Source: Cladosporium halotolerans
Lineage: Eukaryota
Direction: 5' to 3'
Length of the DNA: 43,384 nucleotides
NCBI RefSeq assembly: GCF_011745625.1
Contig: NW_027191502.1
Span: 62,001-105,384 of the forward strand
Below are positions 33,995 to 43,384 of this stretch, piece after piece. The position numbers and the translations under genes are program-made. Numbering within the stretch: position 1 is the stretch's first letter; every line of letters starts with the position of its first letter. The notes beneath the pieces were generated by a model. That model did not search any database. It had not been told where the DNA came from and saw only the letters and a list, made by a program, of their open reading frames with translations.

Positions 33995-34589
33995 GGCTGC
34001 GATTCTACGGATCGATCGCGACTTCGCTCGCACTGTTCAGGCTGCGGGACGGCGGACAGCTGGTCTCGATGGCGTGCACGGGGGTAAATGCTGGCGGGTG
34101 GAAGATGAGGGGTAAGAGACGTGGGCGCTTGCTGGCGCGAGGCTTCCAGTAAAAAGAAGAAATAGTAGCAATGTGAAACTGCACAGCCTACCGTGAATGC
34201 AACGTATATTTCTGGGAGAGACAGGGCCTGACGACGCGCCGAGGTTGGCGGGCAGGCTGAGTTCAGACGGAGCATCCTTCGAGGATCATCCTAGTAAGGT
34301 AGGGCTGCTGAGACCCTGAGTTCTATTGGGGATCCACATCTCTAGGTTCGAGGATACAGCGCCTGAAGACAGAGGTGGCCGTGTCATCAGGCGGCGGTGA
34401 TCAGCGTGAGATACAAAAATATCACCAACTTGGAATCTGTTCCATTCAAACATTGTTTTGGTTCAAGAGTATCTTCTTCTGCTCTGCTTTTTTCGTTACT
34501 CGATAATCTTACACAATGCTTCTTTCGTTTCTCGATCGTATGCAACTGCGCATGCGGTTCACGCATTACGCCTCAAACTAATGGGTATC

Positions 34590-36022
34590 TTAATCAAAAG
34601 CAACATAGTCCTCGTTCTTAGCGAAACCAGGTCCATTGTCCGTTACGATCTCGACGTCATATTCGTCAGAGTCAATGTCTTTGGCGTCCGGGGTTTCCTG
34701 GTTCTCATCCTCGTCTTCAACCTCCGAATCATCGCCCTGACGAGCCTTACGGCGCTCGACGTTAGCATGGCGAAGATGCGGGAGCTTGCAACTTTGGTTA
34801 GGACATTCGCCGTTCTCAGCGAAGTCAGGACACTCATAAATGTGGCGTTTGCCGCACTTAGTGCCGGCGTCGCAATACCCTAACAGGGCAAAGGGGCGAC
34901 AAATCAGAGGGCCGGGGGAAACAGAAACGTGAGCAAAGCGGCATGCATTGTTTTTGCAGTTGCCGTTCAAGAAGTGTGCGCAGGCCGGCACACGGTTATA
35001 GGTCGGCTTATGGGACAAGTCGCATAGGTCACCTTTGATGCAGGATCCAGTGCGGAAGAAGGTCTTGCACATGGCTACCTTCTCCGGATTGTGTTCAAAA
35101 CGGCAATTGTCGCCAAAACGACAGACTCCTGCGAGAGATGTTAGGTACGAACGAATGTGCTCACCCACAAACGACAATGAGAGATATCATTTGTAGCCTG
35201 TCAGGAAAGGTTTGGTGACGCGATCTCGAATAAATACCGTTCTGAGTGAAGTATTGGCAGGCCGCAGTGGGTCTCTTGGAAGTCCTGTGACAAGGTTAGT
35301 ATTGACAAAGCTTCAGGATTGCTGAACCCGACATACTGGGATACTGTGGTCGAGGCGACTCGGAGAAGGTTCCCGCTCTTAGTACGAAGGAATTGGACCC
35401 CGGCAACTACGGCCTTCTTTGGCGTCTCCTGTGAGGTTTCTGGCACGCTTAGCATGCCTTGATCGCGGTGTTCTGTCACGGTGGTGTGCTCACCAGAGAG
35501 TCTGATGAGCTTGCTGCCATCTTCCTTCATAGAGAAACGGATGCCCTCAATCATCAACTCGCGGGTCACATTAGGAGTGTTGGAGTGTCTGGTGGGTTGG
35601 GTCTGCTTTTGGGGATCCTGCGAAATCTGTTGTTCTTGCGATGCCCGCTGCTGCTCCTGCTGCTGCTCCTGCGAGGCCTGTTGCTGCGATATCTGTTGCT
35701 GCGGCGTCGGCTGCTGTGGATGCTGCGGCTGAGGCGGGGGCGTATTGCTGGACGAAGAGGACGGAGGCGTGTTCACGAGGGTGCGGTTCTGAAACGTGTA
35801 GCCATACCCGCCGCGGCCGCGGCCTCTTGGAGACGGAAAAGGAGCCCAGCGATGATTCGTTGCATAGTGGTTGGAACGGTGCGGCGCATGGCTAGCGTGG
35901 GTGTGTGCTTGGTGGAGGTTGGCGTTTGTCGCAAACGGCTCAGATTGCTGCTGTTTGTGGCGGTTGATCTGGCCGGCCAGCGCGGCGATCCTTGCCTGCA
36001 TGGCGGCATCGTCGTCCGTCAT
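34590..36022 (-). CDS. Tandem CCCH zinc-finger protein, ZC3H3/Red5-like (introns 35493-35440, 35336-35285, 35237-35129)
   Basis: N-terminus ARIAALAGQINRHK; TPKKAVVAGVQFLRTKSGNL. Five C-x7/8-C-x4/5-C-x3-H fingers run from CQYFTQNG|VCRFGDNCRFEH to CPDFAENGECPNQSCKLPH. Confidence 0.85.
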
Positions 36023-36596
36023 GTTAGGCAATGCTCAATACTCACGCTATGCAATGAAGATCTGGTGCGCAGTGGCAGGGTGCGGGAAAGGATGTAGTTG
36101 TCGTGAACACAAAGCGGCGCGAGCGAGAAGGAAGTCGCTTGCTCATGTAAGCGCGCGCACGCGCGATTGGGCAACAAGGTCCGTGCACCTCTTCACATGT
36201 TCCACCACTTGTCTGAAGATTCGTGGCCTGCCACCGAGTAGGCTCTCCGCCGAGAGGTCCCTTTTCGAAGTCTAGTAGGGATGGTAGTACGGTAACGATT
36301 TTATTTGGATAGGGGATATCTTATGTTATTGGCGGTTTAGAAGCCTCCTCGCAATTTGGATCCGAGCTTAGAGTGCCACCCTTTCCTCTGTGGATATGAA
36401 TATAATACATACCGGAGAGAGCTGGGGACGCCATATAATGCCACAGGCTTCGACACAACTAGTGGTTGGTGCCTCAGGCTTTTACGAGCTGTTCGCCTTT
36501 TGGGCACAAAGAGGCATGGGCAATTGTCGTAAACGCACATCTCATGCAGAGTGCATTTTCATATGACCAAGATCATCACGCCTCTTATTATCGTAA

Positions 36597-37516
36597 TCAT
36601 GGATCGAACAACGCCACCGCCCGAATAGGACTCCCACTCCCACCCCTCAGCTTCCACGGGAACCCAACAAACGTAAACCTCCCTTTCCCAACGACCTTCT
36701 CCAAATGATCCAACCCCTCAATATGCGTGATCCCGCGCTCACCGCAGATGTTGTGCGCCTGGAAGTTCATCTCCCCCTCCGGACTGGGACTGATCGCTTC
36801 CACGCCTGCGGGCAACACACGTTAGCAGCCGGATGAAGAAACCCTTCTGACGACGAGGAGTTATCGCGACACACTCACCAAACATCTTGCAACCTCTATC
36901 GGCCAACCACCTCACCGAATCCGGATGCAATCCCGGGAAATCATGCTGCCACCTGGGCTCATCGAACCCCACCCTCTTATTGAATGCCATGTAAATCAGC
37001 ACCGTGTCGCCCTCTCTGATCTCCTCACCAGCCTTCTCTAATGCCTCCTCCATCTCGCGCACGGAAATTGCCGCCCGCAACTCCACGTGCGATAGGTCGA
37101 GCGCGATGGCGGACGTATAGAAGTCCTCGAGCGGCAGCTCGTCGATCGAGGCGCCGCCGGGGCCGAAGTGCTTGGGGGCGTCGACGTGCGTGCCGGAGCG
37201 GTCAGACATGGTGAGTGCGTAGGAGGCGGAGCGGAAGGTCGTGTTGCCGGCCACTTTAGGCTGGTGCGTGTCCCATTGCGTTTGGATCTTGTGATTGTTA
37301 CCAATGCGACGAGATTGTGAGTTTGGCGATGGGGAGGTGGCTTACGAAAGGGACGTGGAAAGGGTGGTTTTGACAACGGTGGTATAGTTCACGACTTAGG
37401 TCAACTATCACTGGCTTCTGTATTACTGTTGAGGTGAGTCGTTTTTGCACCATTGGTGAGGTGAAATGTGGCGAGAGGGCATTGCGGCCCAGGGATCGGA
37501 TGATGCTCGAAGCCAT
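36597..37516 (-). CDS. Cyclase / kynurenine-formamidase (KynB)-like metal hydrolase with a presequence-like N-terminus (introns 37345-37288, 36878-36806)
   Basis: Motifs IVDLSREL, SGTHVDAPKHF, GDTVLI, FPGL, G|VEAISP, HIEGL and FPWKLRGGSGSPIRAVA. Confidence 0.85.
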
Positions 37517-38008
37517 CTTGCGGAATTCACTTGACTTTTACAAATGAGCAAGTATGCTGAGTTTGAACGTCTTAAGGTAATTTAGAGAAAGTAAATTTAC
37601 TTCAACCGTCTTCAGTAGGAACAACTGATGTCAAGCATCATTGATCGTCACCAAACGCTGCCGATCACGGCCTCTGACCTCGGCTTCTGGAGCTGCAGCT
37701 TGACAGCTTCCTATCTAGATTTCCTTATCGTCTTCCTAAAATGCCAATCTCTCATACCATTGCTTTTTCATTCATGACGTTTTGATCGTGCTCCGCACAA
37801 AAGCAAAACGCCTGATCAATCGTCTGTGGCCAGACTTAATAATTAGAATGTTGAAACCAAAAGTAGTTGATCGATTGACGCTGGCCTACTCGCGTGACAT
37901 CTGCACTGGCTTCATCGTATTGGGATCCAGAGGCATGGAACTGTACGTGCTGTGGCATACTTCGTAGCATTTCATGTAATACATAAAAGTCGAATGCTTT
38001 CAACAAAC

Positions 38009-38954
38009 TTAGGCATTGGGTGCGCCAGGTCCGCCAGCGTTGCGCTGCTTGTTGACGACGTACTCATCCAGGAAGTCGGGGTCGTTCTCGAACTCTTCCT
38101 TGAGCTGTAGCCGTTAGTTAGCATATGATAGAGTGCCCGCAAGATGTAAGACTTACAATGTCAAGACCGCCAACGAGCTCGCCACCAACGTAGACCTGCG
38201 GGAACGTCGGCCACTCGGAGAACTCCTTCAGGCCCTGCCTGACCTCATCATCTGCCAGAATGTTGAAGAAGCCGTAGCGCACGCCCTTCTCGCGCAGGAG
38301 GCTGACCGTCTGTCTGCTAAACCCGCACTGCGGCGCGGACGGTGTGCCCTTCATGAACAACATGACCGGCGCGGCCTTGACGAGCTCGCCCAAGCGCGAG
38401 TGCAGCTCCTCCTTCGATGTGCCGTTCGCCTCGCCGCTGGTGTACTCGGGCGCGGTCTTGGGGTCTGATTCGCCGGGCGCATACTTGGAGAGTCCTGCGT
38501 CGCCGTTCGCTGGAGCCGCAGGCGCTCCCTCCGAAGGCGGCGGCCTCGTCACTTTCTGCGCCGGGGGCAGGCCAGTCTTGCTCGCATCGCCTGCCGTTGG
38601 TCGGCCCGCGTGCTGCTCCACTGCGCTCCTGACCTTACTGGCATCGGTGCCCGTCACGCTGTCCACGACTTGTCCGTTCTTCTGCAGGATCACAAGCGGC
38701 ACCTGGGTGACGTCGTAGTGCTCGCTGACCTCGCTTACTTCTTCGGCGTCCAGACTAAGGAAGGCGGTTCGCGGGGGGTTGGAGGCGGGGTATGTGCCGG
38801 CGAGGGTGGACAAGATGGTGCCCATCTGCTTGCAGGGCTCGGCCCATGGTGCGTGGAAATAGATGACGGCGAGGCAATCGGTTGGGAGGGCGGAAATGTG
38901 GTCGGTGAAATCGCCCTCGGTCGCTATGGGTGTGACTGTGCAGCTGGCAGTCAT
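38009..38954 (-). CDS. GRX4: Monothiol glutaredoxin Grx3/4 (GrxD), thioredoxin-like plus CGFS domain (intron 38156-38105)
   Basis: FHAPWAEPCKQM Trx-like domain; PVMLFMKGTPSAPQCGFS; WPTFPQVYVGGELVGGLDI|LKEEF. Confidence 0.95.
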
Positions 38955-39363
38955 GGCGGCGGTTGTCTAGGGTGTCGCGAGAGGGAAAATTGTTGAGTCG
39001 TTTGTCGGAGTAGACGGTGCGATCAGTGGCGATCAAAAGTCGTATGGGTATATGTTGGGCGGGAAAGTGGGTGGCTGTTATCGTCGCAAGGCTGTGCGGA
39101 CGAGAGAGATTTGGCGAGTGTAACAGCGGCGATGGCGTAATAAGAAAGAAAGTCGGGAGAGTTCTTGACGGCTGCAGGTGGGGGAAATGGCCGCCCGCAA
39201 AAAGCGCGGTCATCTAATCTGATCTTGGCTGATCTGATCGCCGGAGCTTGAACGGCGAAGTTGCCGACTCGCCGAGCTGCCTCTGGTAAATTTCCTGTCC
39301 GACCAGCGACCAGCCGAACGCAAACCACACCCTCGCCTTCGAGCACCCACATAACCCGCCAAA

Positions 39364-40422
39364 ATGCTTCAATCACAGCCGCTTCGCCAGATCAAGCCCA
39401 AGAATGCGCGCACCAAGCGCTTCTTGGAAAACAAGGCGCCCCAGGTGCACGAGAACCCGCGCACGACTCTCTTCCTGAAGTATACTTCTACCTCCGAGGT
39501 GCTCAACCTGGTCATGACCGACCTGCACGCTCTGAAGCGCCCGCTGGCTATCAAATTTAACAAGAAGAACGACATCCACCCTTTCGAGGACCCGTCGAGT
39601 TTGGAATTCTTCAGCGAGAAGAACGACGCCTCTGTCATGGTCTTCGCCAGCCACAGCAAGAAGCGCCCGCACTGCCTGACCATGGTGCGCATGTTCGACT
39701 GGAAGGTTTTGGATATGCTGGAGCTACTGGTCGACCCCGAGACTCTGCGCACTCTGTCGCAATTCAAGAACGACAAGGCGCGTGTTGGTCTCAAGCCGCT
39801 CATCTCTTTCTCCGGCAGCGCCTTCGACAGCCCCACAGAGAACGCTTACACGCTCGCAAAGTCAATGCTGCTGGATATGTTCAAGGGCCCGGATGTCGAC
39901 AAGGTTGATGTTGAGGGTCTGCAATACATCATCAACTTTTCGGTGGAGGAGGAGGAGAACGAGGAGGTTAAGCCAATGATCCACATGCGCTGCTACCTTT
40001 TGAGGACGAAGAAGGCTGGTGGCAGTCTGCCTAAGGTTGAGGTGGAAGAGATGGGCCCTAGGATTGATTTCAGGGTCGGCAGGACCAAGGATGCCGATGT
40101 GGACATGCTCAAGGAGGCTATGCGCAAGCCGAAGACGACAGAGGTGAGTTCTACTATACGCGCTCCTCGTGAATCATTACCATGCACAATTACTAACCAA
40201 ATACATCAGGCCAAGACGAAGAAGAACATCGAGACGGACATCATTGGCGACAAGATCGGCCGCATCCACACAGGCAAGCAAGACCTCAGCCAGCTGCAGA
40301 CCAGGAAGATGAAGGGTCTCAAGCGCAGCCGAGACGTGCCCGACGACGAGGATGCGTTCGCCGGCGCCGATGAGCTCGTCAACGGTTCGGGCGACAAGAA
40401 GGCCCGAATCGATGAGGCTTGA
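39364..40422 (+). CDS. RPF2: Ribosome biogenesis Brix-domain protein Rpf2 (in-frame intron 40144-40209)
   Basis: Motifs IKPKNARTKR, IHPFEDPSSLEFFSEKND, HSKKRPH, VEEMGPRIDF and GRIHTGKQDLSQLQTRKMKGLK. Confidence 0.96.
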   Translation: MLQSQPLRQIKPKNARTKRFLENKAPQVHENPRTTLFLKYTSTSEVLNLVMTDLHALKRPLAIKFNKKNDIHPFEDPSSLEFFSEKNDASVMVFASHSKKRPHCLTMVRMFDWKVLDMLELLVDPETLRTLSQFKNDKARVGLKPLISFSGSAFDSPTENAYTLAKSMLLDMFKGPDVDKVDVEGLQYIINFSVEEEENEEVKPMIHMRCYLLRTKKAGGSLPKVEVEEMGPRIDFRVGRTKDADVDMLKEAMRKPKTTEVSSTIRAPRESLPCTITNQIHQAKTKKNIETDIIGDKIGRIHTGKQDLSQLQTRKMKGLKRSRDVPDDEDAFAGADELVNGSGDKKARIDEA

Positions 40423-40647
40423 TCGCGTCGTTCTCCGCGTCGAGCTCACTTTTCTTCCGTCTTGCGTTTTCAGCGTGGCGTTGGCGGGCTATGTGTACCA
40501 AAAAAATCATTTCTATATAGGGCTTATCGTGGCATTGTGGGATCTGAATGGTCGGTGATGAGTGGTAGCATTATTATACGCGAAATCGATATCTAGTCCA
40601 TCGCAGCAAGTGTTGCATCATCATCATCCATGAATATCGTTCTCAAG

Positions 40648-40987
40648 ACTGAAGATGGATTCCACCAATCAGTGTATTGGAAAGAAACTGCAGATGGATA
40701 CCACCAGACAGTGCATTGGAAGTAAACTGAAGATGGAGGCCACCAGACAGTGCATTGAGAAGAAACTGCAGATGGAGACCACCAGACAGTGCATTGGAAG
40801 TAAACTGAAGATGGAGGCCACCAGACAGTGCATTGGAAAGAAGCTGAAGATGGAGACCACCAGACAGTGCATTGAAAAGAAACTGCAGATGGAGACCACC
40901 AGACAGTGCATTGAAAAGAAACTGAAGATGGAGACCACCAATCAGTGCATTGAAAAGAAACTGCAGATGGAGACCACCAGACAGTGC
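40648..40987. repeat. 39-bp tandem repeat, about 8.7 copies
   Basis: Consensus ACTG(A/C)AGATGGAGACCACCAGACAGTGCATTG(A/G)AA(A/G)(G/T)AA. Units start at 40648, 40687, 40726, 40765, 40804, 40843, 40882, 40921 and 40960 (partial). Confidence 0.97.
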
Positions 40988-41269
40988 GGTTGTTTTCTGT
41001 CGTCGCCGCTGACACATCCCATAGAGTGCGCACCATCGCTGTCTTCGCCGGTGTTGTTGCGCCCGGACTCAGCAACATTATCTGCGCCAGTGTCTGCACC
41101 AGACTCAGCCGTTGTTTGTCTATTGTCTACATCCATGTTGGCCGACATTGCAGGCTGTGGTGGCGTTGGCGACTACTGAGCCGCAAGTGAAGAAAAAGCC
41201 ATTGTGCGGCTGCTCGAGGGCTACAGATCCGGAGAGCTGGTATATGATTTGCTCAACCCTTGAAGCTGT

Positions 41270-42170
41270 CTATCGGCCTTGGGTGCCGCGCGGGAGTTTA
41301 GTTGGCGCTGCCGGGGCCGGAAAGCTCGTGACTTCAAGACCGCCGTCGCCGTTTATGCCAGGGTACCTGACCTTGGCCGAGGTGATGGAATTGCCGTCGA
41401 GATTGAAAGTGACGGACTCGGCCGGCCCACGCTGCGGGTCAGGCTGCGGAAGCGGAAACTGCGGCACTTGGTACACTGGCACGCTATACGGCTGCGCCCC
41501 AGAGATTTCGTCGTGCTTCCGCTTTGACGAGACCTTACCCTCGTCGATTTGGCGCTGGTTGTTCATCCATTGCCTGCCTTTCTCTTGTTGGTGGGACAGG
41601 CCGGCTGCTTTCAGATACGCCCGAGGCCTGGCGCGCACATCCTCGGGAAGCATGTCGCCCAGGTCCAGGAGCTCCTCTCTCGTCTGGCCTGACCAGTCCG
41701 ACACAAGATCCTCACCTTTCATCGGTTGCGGCGTGATTTGCTGGCCGCGCCTCTTGCGGGGAGCATCCCGCGGCTTGTAGGCGGGCAGCTTGTACCCATC
41801 GCTGCCACGGCCCATCATCTGTCTCCACAGATGGTCGTTGCGACTGACGTTCTCGAGCAGGACGCAGTTCGCATTCTCGCCGCCAAAGTGGCGGCACTCT
41901 GAGCAAGGATCGGCCTTGCCGCTCTGTCGCCCGACCTTGTCGCACTATCTAGAATCAGTATCAACGTGCAATGTTCTCGACGGGAGGACTTACGGGAAGC
42001 GATTGGTCAAGGCACCTCTGACATTCCTGGCCAGGGATGTCGGACACCGTGTAGTTGTCATTTGGCCGGAGCTCTGGGCTCAACTCCGGCGGGTGTGGGC
42101 GCGTGCAGGTTCTTCCGAACCTGCACTCTCCATTGATGTAGTACGGGCATGGCCCGTTTGCGGTAGACAT
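41270..42170 (-). CDS. Hypothetical protein with an N-terminal CCCH finger and a Zn(II)2Cys6-like cluster (exons 42170-41994, 41944-41270; may splice further to ~40593)
   Basis: CPYYINGECRFGRTCTRPH. Intron 41993-41945 (GTAAGT..CTGAT..TAG) joins CQRCLDQSLP|CDKVGRQSGKADPCSECRHFGGENANC. Confidence 0.78.
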
Positions 42171-42484
42171 TGTTGCGAGTTGTTGTGTGTCTTGCAGTGA
42201 ATACCTGTGTAGTGCTTGGTTTTGCGAAGCGATACGCGAGTGAGTGCCTACTTGACTGGAGGCTTCCGAGTTGCTAGCGACGCTACTGCAGCGGCCCGCT
42301 GCGGTCCCTCAAAATTGCTCACGCGCCAGAGCCAATCACGCGCTACTTGCGCAGTATAACGAAGTTGAGTCTCTAAACAAGCAACCAATCACATCGGCCG
42401 ACCGCACATTGCCCATCCACATCCTTACAAACATCTCTAAACCATCCGCCCTCCAGCTCAATCGCAAACGACAGCACGAACAAA

Positions 42485-43328
42485 ATGCCTGAATTTATGG
42501 AAGACGTCGAGCGCAAGGGACTTTGCGATCACGAGCAGTGGACTGTTGGTTGCGATGCTTGTCGTTATGTTGATTATGGGTATCAGTGCCGCGAGGTGAG
42601 CGCATTGGGATTCTGACACGGATGTGCCGTAGCTGACTTTCAACAGAGTCTGATCCTGCATAAGAAGTGCGAGAATGATATCGAGAGCGCGAAATCTCGC
42701 CTTGCGGATCAGGCGCTCACCCCGGCCCAAAGAAAGCGCATCGAGGAAGCGCTGGAGACCGCAACACGGCAAGGCGAAAGCTGGGACCAGTTCTTGGAGG
42801 GGCTTTACGAACTTTTCGAGCCATATGCCGAGGCTGTGAACAAGGTCAAAGGTATGTTCAGAACTGTTTACATTGCTCCAGTACCTTACGGTCCGCTAAT
42901 TAGTAACAGAGAACAAGCCGGAATTGTGGGCGAAGAAATTCCAGGAGCTTGCAGAAGTGAACGCTGCAGAGCTTGACAGGATCTTCTACACTGTCTACCC
43001 CGATAGAAGCGCGGGCAAATTTCAGGCAGAGATTCAATCTCATGGGCCCGCTAATATCGAATCGAGCGAACCGCATCCGCCTAAGGCCGCCTCAAATCAA
43101 GATCCGGAGAAAGGCCCGCCAAAGCAGAAGACCAAAGCAGGCTTGAACGACTGGTCAACCGAGATGAAGAATGCATGGATTGCCTCAGATCTTGGCACAC
43201 CACGGAATTCCGATCGCGAGAAGCGCAATGAGATGATCGCAGACAAGCTGCGGGCCGCGACCGCGAAGCTGCATATTGACGACAACAGAGGTGTGCATAA
43301 TCAATCAATTCAAGTTTCAGGGCCCTGA
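42485..43328 (+). CDS. Hypothetical (orphan) protein, 3 exons (42485-42595, 42647-42851, 42910-43328)
   Basis: ATG in CAAAATG context. Two canonical introns (GTGAGC..GCTGAC..CAG; GTATGT..GCTAAT..CAG) preserve one frame. The N-terminus has CDHEQWTVGCDAC. The 3' end is uncertain near the window edge. Confidence 0.75.
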
Positions 43329-43384
43329 CTTGATTGATTGCCAAGGATTTTTCAGATTGATTGATTGCTTACTTCACATCGACC

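Noticed and set aside
40648..40987. CRISPR-like array
   Set aside because: The units are contiguous near-identical repeats with no unique spacers, no cas genes are present, and the context is eukaryotic.

Overview
Eukaryotic DNA from a filamentous ascomycete. Short GT-AG introns with CTRAC branch points and the gene content suggest a Dothideomycete (inference). About 17 protein-coding genes can be modelled by hand: CGR1, a mitochondrial ornithine carrier (amcA/ORT1-type), a cupin, a PI-phospholipase C, an 83-aa zinc-ribbon protein, an MscS channel, a catalase, a PaaI thioesterase, pirin, mitochondrial bL21m, NSA2, a membrane-anchored bZIP factor, a SEL1/DSF2-like protein, a ZC3H3/Red5-like CCCH protein, a bacterial-type cyclase/KynB-like hydrolase, GRX4 and RPF2. 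Two orphan genes lie at the right end. The top finding is the gene-free stretch at about 8.45-10.7 kb, which has the ordered architecture of a Pezizomycotina telomerase RNA: a boundary helix abutting an AACCCUAA template, a candidate U/A-rich pseudoknot, and a P5/P6/P6.1 (CR4/5) junction. Other findings are two long, highly foldable introns (PLC, catalase), a 39-bp array that appears to be a multiplied 3' splice site, a CCCH plus Zn2Cys6 fusion gene, and SreA-type iron boxes upstream of the ornithine carrier. All splicing and RNA pairings were read by eye; no computation or database search was run.
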